Shown here piece after piece: positions 1-12,136 of a DNA stretch of 64,000 nucleotides. The stretch lies in assembly GCA_963841735.1 (NCBI GenBank), contig CAWJDT010000001.1:704001-768000 (forward strand), written 5' to 3'. The stretch is from an uncultured Actinomycetes bacterium. Lineage in GTDB: Bacteria; Actinomycetota; Thermoleophilia; RBG-16-64-13. The position numbers and the translations under genes were made by a program. The notes beneath the pieces are model-generated. The model was given only the letters and a program-made list of their open reading frames with translations, did no database searches and was not told the origin of the DNA. How positions within the stretch are numbered: the first letter of the stretch is position 1; every line of letters starts with the position of its first letter.

Positions 1-2157
1 GATGACATCCTCCCAGTGGGCCCGTGCGCCTTCTTGAAGAGTCGGATCCTGCGTGCAGCTTACAGCTACCTGGCCCTCGGGCCACAGGGTCATCAGGACC
101 GAAAGGTCATCGCGTCCGCCGTCCCAGGTGAGGTGAAGCTCTAGCTCTAGGCCCACGGTGAGAGAAGCGGTTCCAGGCTTGGCAAGCAGACACAGGCTTC
201 CGGAGCTCCAACCATAGCGGACCTCCTGGAAAGTCGTGGTTGTTGCCCGCTGCATGGTGGACGATAGCTCCGGGGCCAGGAATCCGGCGGCTGCCCATTC
301 TTGCGGATCGGTGAGCCTCCCGTCGATGACTGGATCAACAGGGCCGAGAGGTGGTCTGGCAGGAAGGATCTCCCGCTCCAGAAGCGGCAGCAGTAGCTCG
401 ATAGGCACGGGCTCACCCAGCAAGCGGTACACCTCCTGAAGGTGCGAGCGGAAATCGCGGTCCCAGACGTAGTCGAGATTGGTGCGGTGGTGTTCCCCGA
501 ACCACCAGAACCAGTCGCTGCCTTCGGCGACCAGGATGTGATGCCAGGCGGCGGACAGCGCCTCGCTCGCCCCCGAGTTCGCAGAGTCGGGGGGTGACGG
601 ATCGGCTGCGGCGTGGCTTTCTGCGGCGTGGCTGTGCGCGGAGGTTGAGCCGTGTGCGAGGCTCGCCCGGCCGTGCCTGGAGGCCGCGTCGCGGGCTCGT
701 CCCAGCTGCCCCCATGCGGCATTGTGGGCCTTGTCGCCGCACCAGGTGCGTAGGTCGCCCCCGATCCAGGAGCCGGTATGGAGCCACTCCAGTGAGCGTT
801 GCGGAGGGTGCTCGCGCAGGTGCTCCGAGACGGTGACGCACCGGAGTGCAGGGTCGGAGCTCAGTCCCTCGTACAGATAGCGGAGGAAGTCTCTGCCGTC
901 GCGAGGGTAGTACTCCCAAGCGTTCTCGCCGTCGAGGGCGATAGTCACCAGGGGGACTTCGGAGTGAGGCCTAGCCGGTCGCGGGCGCTGAGGAGAGGAG
1001 AGTCGTGCGCAGATCTCGCAGCCGGCGGAGCAGATCGGCCGCCGCGTCGCGGGAATGCCAGAGACTGATAGGTGAAGCCGATGAGATCGGAAAGAGTGTG
1101 GTCGCGGAACACAATCGCGATGTTTCCGGCTCTCGCGCTCGAGCCGGTAGGGGACGTAAGGAGACGCCGGACCAAGCGCGGAGGGGGCGACGGGAAGGAC
1201 GGTGGCGGCGGACGGAGGGGCGACGGCCGAGCCCACCCCCGACACCGAGCGGGCGAGGACGGTCTCATCGGAGATGGTCCACGAAAGGCCGGCAGCGATC
1301 AGCAAGGGGATGACATCCTCGCCGACGGCCTGTTCCGAGCACCACATGCCCCGCGGTGGCTCGCCGAAGACGCGGACATGCTTATCCATAGCGGTCTTTG
1401 ACCTGCTCGGCGGCGTCTTCAGGGTGCGCGAAGCGGCGCGGAGGCAGGAGCACGTCGGGGGAAGCGATGCGGGCGGAGTCGGTGTTGCAGAGCAGGGGCA
1501 GGATGGGGTGGAAATAGGGGGAGGTGGAAAGCTCTATCTGGCCGCGGCGGGCCGCGTCGCGGTAGGCGGGAAGAACGCCGGCCAGGATGTCGGCCTGGAC
1601 GGCGGCCAGTACCTGCTTGTCTTCTTCGCGGAAATCGCGGCCGCGCTCGACCAGTTGGCGCAGAGGGTCGGTCTCCAAGGCCTGGGGGTCGAACCAGGCC
1701 AGGTTGAACCACACCTGGAGATCGCGCAACTCGTCGTGGTGAAGGCGCCGGCGCAGGCCACCCAGTCGGGAGAGGCCGCCTCTCTCTTGTGGGCCAGCTC
1801 CAGGTATCGGGGGTGGAGGCGGGTGCGGAGGTGGTCGGAGCGCTCGCACATGCGCTCGACCACGAAGGCCCGCTCGGCGGGGTCGAGCTCGGCGGCGGGC
1901 TTCAGCGTGAGGTCCCAGTAGACGTCGGCGAAATCGCCGGAGGCGTAGTCTTCCAACTGCTCGACCAACGATGGCACCAGGTTGAAGGTCTGGTGAAGTT
2001 CCGGGTACGCGGACAGGGTCTCCACCATGTCCAGGTAGTCCTTGAGGGCGTGCAGCCGCGCCCAGGGCATCTCGAAGGCACCGGTACGCGCCGACCGATA
2101 GTACGGCTGGTGCATGTGCCACACGAACGCTACATGAAGCGGTTCAGACGTAGGCAT
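1..2157 (-). CDS. Glycoside hydrolase family 57 (amylopullulanase-like), multiply frameshifted, C-terminus runs off the window start
   Basis: GH57 motifs across several frames: WHMHQPYY, ELSTSPYFHPILPLL, GMWCSEQAV, FRDHTLSDLIGF, IALDGENAWEYY, AEGSDWFWW; start MPTSEPLH at 2157. Confidence 0.85.
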
Positions 2158-3358
2158 CCATCGCTCGGACAAAGTTGTTGTAGACACGCTGTTGCTCGGT
2201 GAGGATGCGGTCGGGTCCCAGATCCCACCATTCTTTGGGAGTGAAATACGCCGACACCTCGGCCTCGGAGCCGGAACGGCCGGCCCACTGGATGAGGTGC
2301 AGGTTGTCGGACTGGAGAAGCCACAGGGCCAGGTCGAGGAAAGTCGTGGAGTCCGGTCAGGCGGGCCTTGTGAAGGGCCGAGTGCATCAGTCGGAAGATC
2401 GCTTGTTGTGAGGCGTTGCCCAGGAAGAACTCCATTCCCCCGGAGCCCGCCCAGGTGGTGCCGAACTCCGGCAGCGGGAGATCGGGGAGCTCGGTTTGGC
2501 CGAACTGCTCCACCGCTTCGCTAGGCAGCAGGCAGCGGACGCCATGCTTCGTGAGCTGTTCGGGCAGAGCGCGCATGAACTCGAATATGCCGGTGTCGAC
2601 GTTGTGGTGTTCACCGAAGGTCTCGAAGTCCCAGCCGATGAACACCAAGTCGCCCCAGGCCTTGCGGAGATTGGCGGCGTAGGCGTCGGCGCGCAGGGGG
2701 TAGCCGGCCCAGGTCTTGTTGCTGAACCGGTAGCCCACGTCGTCGGACAGCTCGTGGTGACGGCAGAACAGAGCGAGGTCGCGTTGGCCGTGAGCAGTAG
2801 AGGTGGGTGGGCTCGCGCCATTCCATCACCCAGGGGCGGCCGTCGAGCATGCCCGCGCTGTACCCGGCTTGAAGGAGGGCGTAGTAGATCTCGTTGTTCA
2901 TCACCAACTCGGTGGTGTCGGTGACCCGGATCTCCTTGTCGAAGAACTCCTCGGCGTAGGTCTTGCCGCGGAGCATCTCCTCCTGGAACAGCTTGATGTC
3001 GATAGCAAAGGCGAAGCTGTGGTAGGGCTCGACGCCCACCAACTCGCAGTTGGGATGGCTCACCAGCTTCTGGAAGCGCTCGGCGAGAGCTTTGTCCCAG
3101 CTGGCGGAGCTGCCAGAGATAGCTCACCGAGAAGCCCAGTCCCAGCTTGAAACCGCGGTCGAGCATGTCCTGGAACATCTCGGTGGCCGGGTAGTAGCAC
3201 CAGCGGGCCACCTTGTCGAAGTAGTGCTTGTTCAGAACGTCGTCGAACAGGTAGGGCGCCATGTCGGTGGGCTTGGTGCCCGGCGGGATGACCTCGGCCG
3301 GCAGCTTGATCCGGCGGGGTTGATGGATGACGCAGTAGGTGACGAGGTTCTCGGCCAT
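2144..3358 (-). CDS. Glycoside hydrolase family 57 (alpha-amylase type), frameshifted
   Basis: IHQPRR, CYYPAT, VEPYHS, DTTELVM, GYRFS, GWDFETFGEH motifs across ORFs 2387-3385, 2611-3063 and 2130-2738; ends RAMDAYV*. Confidence 0.85.
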
Positions 3359-3381
3359 GGCCGCCCTTCTAGTCGATGGGT

Positions 3382-4866
3382 TCATCTGCGGAGCTGTCCA
3401 ACTGGGGCTTGATCGAGAGGCGTCGCGAGACGGACTGCCCGCCGTAGGCCAAGGGACTCGGCTGGGGCCTCCCCTTCGGGTGCCTCGGCCGCTCCGGCTT
3501 GGGGCGGCTCCTCTTGCGAAGCGGCCGGCGGGGCCGGTGGGGCCGGCTCCGCGGGGCTTTGCTGCGGCGGGTCGACCAGCTGGCGCAGCCCCACATACTC
3601 CAGCTTGCCCAGTAGGTTGTCGACGATCACGTTCTCCCAGGTGAAGCTGCGGGCTGTCTCCTGCGCGTCAACGCGCAGCCGTTGCACGACTTCGGGGTGT
3701 GCCCGCAGGAAGGCGAGGGCGATGTTGATCTCAAAAGGGTCGTCGGTGTCTAGCACCACCGAGTTCAGGAACGGCACCGCGTAGTCCTCGCCGGTGGAAC
3801 CCACGAAGGCGACGTCCGGCCGCTGCCATGACTTCCAGCCCCACCAGGCCGAACGGTTCGTGGCCCGAGTTGGCCAACACCGCGTCGGCTCCCGAGTATA
3901 GAGCAGCGAGATGAACTCGTCGGTCATGAAACTGGTGATGTGGTAGACATCGGCCAAGGGGGCGTTCGGCAAGGGCTGTGATGGCTTCCTCGGGGTCTTT
4001 GGGCAGGGGTATGTCGGCCACCACAAGCCCTTGGGCTCGTGCGCCGGCCAGGACCTCGAGGCCGTGCGGTTCCACTCCCCCACGGACGACGGTGGCCACC
4101 GCGTGACCCCGGCGCTTTTCCTCAGCCATGGCTTCCATGGCCATGTGCCAGCGCTTGTCGGGACTGAAGCGGCCGATCTTGAAGACCAGCTCGCGCTCGC
4201 CGAAGGCGGAGCGCAGTCGGGACACGAGCGCAGGGTCGGCCGTACGGATGCGGTCGGCGGGGATGCCGTTGGGGATGACGAGCGGATTCACGCCAACATC
4301 CCACATGACGTGCTTCATGTAGCGGGAGACCGTGGTGATCTGGGAGCAGAAGCCGAGTCTCCCCCAGTTGATGCGGTCGAAGCCCATCACGTTGTTGGCG
4401 TTCCACAGGATGATGGTCTTGTCTCGCAGGCTCTCGGCCCACAGAACGGTCGGAGAGCTGGCAGGTGGAGTAGGCCGTGTGCCACTCCTCGGCCAGGATG
4501 GCAGTCAGACGGCCGGCGGCCGCGGCGGGAGCTACCAGTTGCGAGACCACGAAGCTCGGGCAGCTGCTCGTTCCAGTCGACGAGCTTGGCCTCCTCGCCG
4601 TGGTAGACCCCGGCGGGGTAGTGGGCAGAGAGTCCACTGCGACCGGCGATGCAGGGTGAGGTTCTCGGCAGGGGACTCCTGCGCGGGAAGTCGCGGGTCG
4701 CCTATGAAGACCAGGTGCGTCCGGTGAGCCTTGCCGAGCCAGTTCCAGAGCGAGCTCCTTCATGCGCACGCCCGAGTCCACCGGCCATTGAGTACTGATC
4801 GGGGCCCTCGAAAGAGAGAAGCACGAAGTCCAAAGAATCAGGCGTCAGATTGGGAAAAGCGACCAA
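3382..4866 (-). CDS. Glycosyltransferase family 4 (GT-B), frameshifted
   Basis: SFEGPDQYSMAGGLG, AEEWHT, TVSRYMK, VIPNGI, KIGRFSPDKRW, HEPFGLVGLEVMAA; GGAGGAGG RBS before TTG; 3' end frame uncertain. Confidence 0.8.
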
Positions 4867-5005
4867 GACGCCTCCTCCTGCCATTTGGCTGAGCTACAGC
4901 TTGCCTCTAGCATACCCTTGTTCCGCGCTCACGATGCACGTTCACCAGGGCTGTGCTAACTTGCTACGCTGTACGCCCTTTTGAGGATGGAAAGGCAGGA
5001 AAGGC

Positions 5006-6360
5006 ATGACCGTCAAGTTCCTTCTACCGGAGGAAAGAATACCCACGGCTTGGTATAACCTCGCGGCCGATCTCTCTGTGCCCCCGCCCCCGCCCCTCCA
5101 CCCGGGGACACATCAGCCGGCCGGTCCCGACGATCTGGCTCCACTGTTCCCGATGGGCCTCATCATGCAGGAGATGTCGTCGGAACGCATGATCGAGATC
5201 CCGGACGAGGTGCGGGAGATCTACCGGCTGTGGCGGCCGACCCCGCTGTTGCGCGCGGCGCGATGGGAGAAGGCCCTCGGTACTCCCGCGAAGATCTACT
5301 TCAAATACGAAGGCGCCAGCCCGGCTGGTTCGCACAAGCCGAACACCGCTATCGCCCAGGCCTGGTACAACAAGCAGGAGGGCATCACCAAGCTCACCAC
5401 CGAGACCGGCGCCGGCCAGTGGGGCTCGGCTCTCTCCTTGGCCTGTCGGCTGTTCGAGATGGAATGTCTTGTCTACATGGTGAAGGTCTCCTACTACCAG
5501 AAGCCCTATCGCCGGAGCATGATCAGGGTGTGGGGCGCGGAAGTCATCCCCAGCCCCTCCGACACCACTGCAGCCGGCCGTGCGGTCTTGGCCGCTGGAC
5601 CCGGATTCGCCGGGGAGCCTCGGGATAGCCATCAGCGAAGCGGTGGAACTTGCCGCCCAGAGGGACGACACTCACTACGCGCTGGGCTCGGTGCTCAACC
5701 ACGTGCTTCTGCACCAGACAGTCATCGGCCAGGAAGCCATCGAGCAGATGGAACTGGCCGGCGCGTATCCCGACTTCGTGGTGGGTTGTGTCGGCGGTGG
5801 CTCCAACTTCGCCGGCATCGCCTTCCCCTTCGTGGGTGAGAACATCAAGAGAGGGCAAGAAGACCCGCTGCATCGCGGTCGAGCCGGCGGCCTGCCCGAG
5901 CATGACCAAGGGCATCTACGCGTTCGACTACGGTGATACCGCCAAGCTCACGCCGCTGGTCAAGATGGACACTCTGGGCCACGACTTCATCCCGCCGGGC
6001 ATCCACGCCGGTGGTCTTCGCTACCACGGCATGGCCCCCATGCTCTCGCATGCCTACCATCTTGGCCTCGTCGAGGCGCAGTCGGTAATGCAGACCGACG
6101 TCTTCACCGCCGGTGTGAGCTTCGCACGGTCGGAGGGGATCATCGCGGCTCCCGAGAGCTGTCACGCCATCGCTGCAGTGAGGCAACTGGCCGAGGAGTG
6201 CAAGCAATCCGGCGACGAGAAGACCATCCTCTTCAATCTGAGCGGTCACGGTCACTTCGACATGGCTGCGTACGACAACTACTTCGACGGCAAACTCGAG
6301 GACTACGCTTATCCGGAAGAGAAGATCAAAGAGGCGATGAAGAACCTGCCCAAGATCTGA
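5006..6360 (+). CDS. trpB2: TrpB-like PLP enzyme (tryptophan synthase beta-2), two frameshifts
   Basis: [59 protein letters not shown]. Confidence 0.9.
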
Positions 6361-6444
6361 GTCGAGTGAGCCGGCGCGCAGCCGGCAGTCCAGGGGGCGT
6401 CGGGACACCGGCGCTCGAATGGGCAAGAAGCATTGTTGCGTGTG

Positions 6445-6466
6445 GGGCGCCCCAGCTGGGGCGCCC
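6445..6466. terminator. Perfect 22-bp palindrome between convergent genes, likely terminator
   Basis: GGGCGCCCCAGCTGGGGCGCCC followed by TTCTTATT. Confidence 0.5.
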
Positions 6467-6516
6467 TTCTTATTAGGGGGAAGGTTCCGGGGCGCCCTTC
6501 TTGTTTGAGCGGGTCC

Positions 6517-7411
6517 CTATTCCAGGAGCGACAGCATCATCTGGGCGTTCTTGGGTGCGTAGTCGGCGAAGCAGTTGTTGAACATCAAGTAGGTGACAGC
6601 CGCTTGATCGGTGTAGGTGGCGGACCGGCTCCACCCACTGGGCCAACTCCCCCGTGGAGTAGAAGTACTTGAAGCGCTCCGCCGCTGAGCTCACGCGGGC
6701 GTTCCAGGTGGCCGCGTTGCGACCGTGAAAGCGGACATAGGCGACGTCGGCGGTGGCCGCGGCAAGCGGCGGCAACACGGTGGGTCCCTGCAGACGGGGC
6801 TCGTCGACGCAGACGTAGGCCGCTCCCAGTGAGGTGAGCAGATCTAGAGTGGTATCCACCATGTCGGGCTCCACCCAGGAGACATGCCGGAACTCCACCG
6901 CCACCGGGTCGGGCGCCAGAAGGCCGACACTCTGCGCGATGTAGTCGCGGTTGGCCTGGTTGGCCACGAAGTAGGGCGGGAACTGCAGCAAGACCAGTCC
7001 CAGCTTTCCAGCGGCGCGCAGGGGCTCCAGTGCTTGGCTGAAGAGAGCGAAGGCCTCCGCGCGCAGTGCCGGAGGCAGGTGCACGATACGGCCGCGCGCG
7101 TCGAGCTCCAGCTCATGCGCCATCCGCAGGGGGCTGGGGAGTTGCTCGGGCCGCACCCCGTGCCGGGTCAGCATGGCGAAGGCCTTGATGTGGAATACGA
7201 AGCCCGCCGGAGTGCGTTCGGCCCAAAGGCGCGACGTGTTCGGCGTAGGCATGCCGTAGAAACTGGAGTCGACCTCGACGGTGTCGAAATGCGCGGCGTA
7301 GAAGCGCAGCCGGTCGGCGGCGGTGCGCGCGGCCGGTGGATACCAGGCCCGCACCATGGTGGGGTCGGTCCAGGAACAGGTGCCGACACGAGCAGCTCCA
7401 AGCATGAGCAA
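6517..7411 (-). CDS. DUF72 domain protein (frameshift near C-terminus)
   Basis: VGTCSW, FDTVEVDSSFY, LLQFPP, VEFRH, YVRFHGRN; C-terminus YLMFNNC...LLE* lies in a second frame. Confidence 0.85.
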
Positions 7412-7429
7412 AGGATATACTGACTAGCC

Positions 7430-8072
7430 ATGAAGTTGCAGCGGCAAGAGACAGGTGTGCCAAGCTCAGGCGGGTCAGGCGGATGCGAGGCTCGAGAGGA
7501 GCGGCGCAGGCGGTGGTCGATGCTTGTGATGGTGTTCGCGCTGGTCGTCACTGCAGTGACTGCGGTAGGGTGCGACTCTGGTGACGGGAGCGGAGATGGG
7601 CAGACCACTCTGCCTGCGACCAGCGGGAGCGAGCAGGATGACATCCAGGGTGTCGTGGGCGAGGACCTCGAGGTGGGCGACGCTGTGGTCACGGTACGGG
7701 CGCTCGAAGTCGCCTTTCAGCCGGCAATGCCGCCGCAAAGGCTGAGCGACGAGACTCCCGCCCCACCCGCTGCAGGCGAGGGCTTCTATCAGGCCTACGT
7801 ACGCGTCACAAACAACGGGATGATCCCCATCAGAGTCGATCCGAGCCGACTTTGTTTGCGCCGTGGGGAACGCTGTCGCCAGGATCGAGCCGACTCGGTC
7901 AGGGCCCCTGCCGCGCAGCCTCATCGAAGGCACATCGCTGGATCTACTGCTGACCTTCAAGGCTCCGACAGGCTACGAGCCGACGCTCATCTACAACCCG
8001 TTCTGGTACGACGGGGTCATAACTGTGAGTCCCGAGGCAGCAACGATCACTACCAGCACCACCGAATCCTGA
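7430..8072 (+). CDS. Putative lipoprotein, DUF4352-like Ig fold, one frameshift
   Basis: Hydrophobic stretch ending TAVGC lipobox; beta-rich domain continues in ORF 7863-8072. Confidence 0.55.
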
Positions 8073-8097
8073 GCAGCTTCCTGCGGGGTGCAGCCTC

Positions 8098-8769
8098 CTA
8101 GCGCCAGGCAACGGCCCGCACGGGAGCGCCGTCGGCTTCGGCTACGGCCAGTGGCAAGAAGGCGCAGGTAAACGGTCCCGTGCCCAGCCGCCTCAGTCCG
8201 CACAGGTTCTCGGCTATCAGCACGTCATGACCTAACAGTAGCCGGTGGACCGGGTAGGGAGCCTCGTCCAGACTCGGGCCGTCTGTGCCCACCAGGCCGG
8301 CGCCGGCCTCGAGCAACAGTTGAGCCCCTGCGAGACTAAGCAAGGCCCCTTGGGTCCAGAGCAGCACGAAATCCCCGGGCTGCAGATACGCGTTGCGCAG
8401 GAGTCTCGAGAGCCGCTCAGGTTCGAGCATCGCGGGACCGTCGGCGCAGTCGTCGGTAGAGCGTGGGCCGCGTTCCGGGCCGCCCGCCGCCGCTTGTCGC
8501 CCGGCCCGGCCGCCGGTCTCCGGGCGCACATCAAGCAGCACACCGGGCCGGACGAAGCGTTCCGCCGGGTACTGGTCGAGGGTGGCGCCGGCGGGGAAGA
8601 AGTGCCGGGGCGCATCCAGGTGGGTGCCGGTGTGCGAGCCCAAGCAGATTCTGCTTACCGCGTACCCATGGGTTTCGTACGAGAGCACACGCTCAACGAC
8701 CACAGGTGGATCACCGGGGAGCACAGGCATCCCGGCGGTGAGGGGACGAGTCAGGTCGAAGAGCTCCAT
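8098..8769 (-). CDS. Cyclase family (kynurenine formamidase-like) metal hydrolase
   Basis: HTGTHLDAPRHF, GTDGPSLD, IAENL, DGAPVRAVA. Confidence 0.9.
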   Translation of the reverse strand: MELFDLTRPLTAGMPVLPGDPPVVVERVLSYETHGYAVSRICLGSHTGTHLDAPRHFFPAGATLDQYPAERFVRPGVLLDVRPETGGRAGRQAAAGGPERGPRSTDDCADGPAMLEPERLSRLLRNAYLQPGDFVLLWTQGALLSLAGAQLLLEAGAGLVGTDGPSLDEAPYPVHRLLLGHDVLIAENLCGLRRLGTGPFTCAFLPLAVAEADGAPVRAVAWR

Positions 8770-8791
8770 TGGTGCCGGGCGCTGGCTGAGG

Positions 8792-9136
8792 TCAGCGGAA
8801 CAGATTGAGCAGAAACGCCAGGTCGTCGGTGGAGGTCAACGCGTGGTACTGGCCCGCCGGCATGTAGTAGAGGGCGCCGGGCTTGCCCTCGTACTCGGTG
8901 TCGCCTATCTGGATCTTGCCGGCTCCCCGAAGTACATGGATGGTCGCCGCCCAGCGGGACGCGTGTCCCGACATGTGTTCACCGGTGCTCATGGCGAAGA
9001 GGCTGATGTTGGCCTTGGGGGAGTCGACCAGAGTCTTGCTCACGATGCCGCGCTCGGCGAACTGGGTCAGTTGGTCTAGGTCGCCTGTCCACGGCTGATC
9101 AGATTCCGGGTCGGTTTTTGCGGGGTCTTCCATCAC
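8792..9136 (-). CDS. Cupin domain protein
   Basis: GIVSKTL, GEHMSGH, YYMPAGQYHAL. Confidence 0.8.
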   Translation of the reverse strand: MMEDPAKTDPESDQPWTGDLDQLTQFAERGIVSKTLVDSPKANISLFAMSTGEHMSGHASRWAATIHVLRGAGKIQIGDTEYEGKPGALYYMPAGQYHALTSTDDLAFLLNLFR

Positions 9137-9183
9137 GGCCTCCTTAGGAATGTGGGTGGGCGGCGCTGGGGCGCCGGCCCCCG

Positions 9184-10155
9184 TCAGTAGGTGGTCGGCA
9201 GACCCGTGGCTTCGCGCACCCGGTGCATCACCTGCTGGGCAACGGCGCGGGCGCGCATCCCGCCTTCCCGGAGCACGTCCGTGACTAAGCCGGGGTCCTT
9301 CTCAAGTTCCCTGCGGCGCTCGCGAAACGGGGCGAAATACTCGTCGATGAGTTGCAGCAGACGCTTCTTGACGTCGCCATACCCCATCCCGCCGGCCTTG
9401 TAGCGGGCCTCCCACTCGGCCTTCTCGGTTTCGGACGCGAGTAGGCTGAGTAACAGGAAGGGCACAGACTGCGATGGGTCCTTGGGCGCCTCCACGGGAG
9501 TGGAGTCGGTGACGATGGACATGACCTTCTTCTTGAGGTCCTTGCCCTCGTCGAAGATGCCGATCTCGTTGCTGTAGCTCTTGGACATCTTGCGTCCGTC
9601 GATGCCGGGTACCACAGCGGTGGAGTCGAGGATGTACGGCTCGGGGATGATGAACACCTCGCCGAACTGCTGGTTGAATTTACCGGCGATGTCGCGGGTC
9701 ATCTCCAAGTGCTGCTTCTGATCTTGACCCACCGGTACGATGTCCGCCAGATAGATGAGGATGTCCGCCGCCTGCAGAACTGGATAGGCAAAAAGGCCGT
9801 GGCTGGGGCTGAGCCCTTGGGCGACCTTGTCCTTGTAGCTCACCGCTCGTTCCAGGAGACCCATGGGTGTGACGCAGGAGAGTATCCAGGAGAGTTCGGT
9901 GACCTCGGGAACATCCTGTTGGGCAAAGAGGGCGCTGTGTTCGGGATCCAGGCCGAGGGCGAGGAAGTCCAGGGCTACGCCCATCGTGTACTCGCGTAGC
10001 AGGGCGGCGTCCTGCACCGCGGTGAGCGCATGGTAGCTTGCGATGAAGTAAAACGGCTCATTGCCCTGTTGGAGGGTGATGTACTGGCGGAGGGCTCCGA
10101 AGTAGTTGCCCAAATGGGGTCGGCCCGAGGGCTGTATGCCGGATAGTATGCGCAT
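9184..10155 (-). CDS. trpS: Tryptophanyl-tRNA synthetase
   Basis: SGIQPSG, HLGNY, YPVLQAADIL, VPVGQDQKQHLE, KMSKS. Confidence 0.97.
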   Translation of the reverse strand: MRILSGIQPSGRPHLGNYFGALRQYITLQQGNEPFYFIASYHALTAVQDAALLREYTMGVALDFLALGLDPEHSALFAQQDVPEVTELSWILSCVTPMGLLERAVSYKDKVAQGLSPSHGLFAYPVLQAADILIYLADIVPVGQDQKQHLEMTRDIAGKFNQQFGEVFIIPEPYILDSTAVVPGIDGRKMSKSYSNEIGIFDEGKDLKKKVMSIVTDSTPVEAPKDPSQSVPFLLLSLLASETEKAEWEARYKAGGMGYGDVKKRLLQLIDEYFAPFRERRRELEKDPGLVTDVLREGGMRARAVAQQVMHRVREATGLPTTY

Positions 10156-10305
10156 GCGAGCAAGTTTAGCGAAACTGTGTGGCACGCGTTGGGCGCGCGG
10201 GGCGCGTTTTTGGTATACATATATCAGGATGGAAAGGGGCCATCAGGACGGGGCGTGTCAAATGGCCTGTGCTGGCAGGCTTGAGCTGATCCGAGGAGGG
10301 ATGCC

Positions 10306-11151
10306 GTGAGGGAATTGGACGTTGCTCGGGTTACGGAGGCGGTGGCCAAGTTGGCCGTCGACGCCTGCAACTATCTGGGCGAGGACGTCGTGGCTTTCTT
10401 TGAGAACGCGATAGACCGGGAGCAGTCGGAAACGGGACGGGACATCCTTACCCAACTGCTGGAGAATGCCAATCTGGCCCGGGACACTGATCGCCCGCTG
10501 TGCCAGGACACCGGTCTGGCAGTGGTCTTTCTCGAGATAGGCCAGGACGTGCACCTGGTGGGCGGCGATCTGGAGGATGCGGTCAACGAAGGCGTGCGCA
10601 AGGGTTACGACGAGGGCTACCTGCGCAAGTCGGCTGTGGCCGACCCTATCGGCGCTCGCAAGAACACCGGTGACAACACGCCGGCTATGCTGCATACCCG
10701 CATCGTGCCCGGGGATAAGGTGAAGGTGACCGTGGCTCCCAAGGGCGGCGGCGCCGAGAACATGAGCGCCATCGGCATGCTCAAGCCCTCCCAGGGTCGG
10801 CAAGGCGCCATCGACTTCATTGTCGACACGGTCAGTAAAGCCGGCCCGAACCCCTGTCCGCCCATCGTGGTGGGCGTGGGACTCGGAGGCACCTTCGAGA
10901 AGGCCGCTTATATGGCCAAGCATTCTCTTCTGCGCATGGTGGGTTCCACCAATCCGGACCCGCGGCTGGCAGAGCTCGAGGACGAGATAGAGAAGCGCTG
11001 CAACGACCTGGGCATCGGCCCAGCCGGTCTGGGCGGTACAGTCACGGCCATCGACGTGTTCATCGAGGAACTGCCCGCCCATATCGCCAGCATGCCGGTA
11101 GCGGTGAACGTGCAGTGTCACTCGGCCAGGCACAAGGAGGCGGTGCTGTAA
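10306..11151 (+). CDS. Fe-S fumarate hydratase, alpha subunit
   Basis: PLCQDTG, NTGDNTPA, KGGGAEN, NPCPP, HIASMPVAVNVQCH. Confidence 0.92.
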   Translation: MRELDVARVTEAVAKLAVDACNYLGEDVVAFFENAIDREQSETGRDILTQLLENANLARDTDRPLCQDTGLAVVFLEIGQDVHLVGGDLEDAVNEGVRKGYDEGYLRKSAVADPIGARKNTGDNTPAMLHTRIVPGDKVKVTVAPKGGGAENMSAIGMLKPSQGRQGAIDFIVDTVSKAGPNPCPPIVVGVGLGGTFEKAAYMAKHSLLRMVGSTNPDPRLAELEDEIEKRCNDLGIGPAGLGGTVTAIDVFIEELPAHIASMPVAVNVQCHSARHKEAVL

Positions 11152-11711
11152 TGGATCGCCGTATCACTACTCCAATAACCGACGAGGTAGTCGAGACTCT
11201 GCGCGCCGGCGACCGGCTGCTTCTGAACGGGATCATCTACACCGGACGTGACGCCGCCCACAAGCGGCTGGTGGAGCTCATAGACAAGGGTGAAGCGCTG
11301 CCCGTGGATATGCAGGGGCAGATCATCTACTTCGTCGGCCCCACCCCGCCCAAGCCGGGCGAGGCCATCGGCTCGGCCGGTCCGACCACCTCGGGCCGCA
11401 TGGACGCCTATTCACCCAAGCTGACCGCTCTGGGCCTCAAGGGCATGATAGGCAAAGGGTCGCGCAACGACGCGGTCAAAGAAGCCCTCAAGCGTGACAA
11501 GGCCGTGTATCTGGGTGCTACCGGCGGCGCCGGTGCCCTACTCGCTCAACGGATCATCTCGGCCAAGGTCGTCGCCTACGAAGACCTGGGTGCCGAAGCC
11601 ATACGGGAGCTCGAAGTCAAGGACTTCCCGGTTGTAGTGATCAATGACATGTACGGAGGCGACCTCTACAGTGAAGGGCGCAAGAAGTACGAAAGGAAGG
11701 GAGCCTCTTGA
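11151..11711 (+). CDS. Fe-S fumarate hydratase, beta subunit
   Basis: GRDAAHKR, AGPTTSGRMD, MIGKG, DLGAEAI; TAATG coupling to alpha subunit. Confidence 0.92.
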   Translation: MDRRITTPITDEVVETLRAGDRLLLNGIIYTGRDAAHKRLVELIDKGEALPVDMQGQIIYFVGPTPPKPGEAIGSAGPTTSGRMDAYSPKLTALGLKGMIGKGSRNDAVKEALKRDKAVYLGATGGAGALLAQRIISAKVVAYEDLGAEAIRELEVKDFPVVVINDMYGGDLYSEGRKKYERKGAS

Positions 11712-12136
11712 GCGCAAAACCTCGTGAGACGGCCAATGTGGGCGCTGGCCTCTGGAAGGGGACAGGCATGTGGGCCTGGCTGCTCTTCCGGATCAGCGGC
11801 CTAGTCCTGGTTTTCTACCTGGGCGCCCACATCATCATCATCTCCACAGGAAACTTCAACGACGGCGACACGTTCAACAGTCTGATGAAGATGTTTGACA
11901 GTGCGATCGCGGTCGTTCTTGATCTCTTCCTGGTGGCGGCCGTTCTGTACCACGCGTTGAACGGAGTGCGCATTATCCTCATGGACTTCGGTCTTGGGAT
12001 CAAGCGGCACAAGATCATCTTCTGGGCCTGCATGGCCCTCGCGGCCATATGTCTCGTGTTCTTTGCCTATGTGGCTTTCAGCTACTTGGCCAACGGCGTA
12101 GGGCCTTGGAACAGTACACCGGAGGTGGTGAGTTGA
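11708..12136 (+). CDS. sdhC: Succinate dehydrogenase/fumarate reductase cytochrome b subunit
   Basis: GMWAWLLFRISG, YHALNGVRIILMD, three TM segments. Confidence 0.88.
   Translation: MSAKPRETANVGAGLWKGTGMWAWLLFRISGLVLVFYLGAHIIIISTGNFNDGDTFNSLMKMFDSAIAVVLDLFLVAAVLYHALNGVRIILMDFGLGIKRHKIIFWACMALAAICLVFFAYVAFSYLANGVGPWNSTPEVVS

Noticed and set aside
5006-10155. Dedicated tryptophan island (trpB2, cyclase, trpS)
   Set aside because: Opposite strands, unrelated genes in between, no T-box or Trp leader peptide seen
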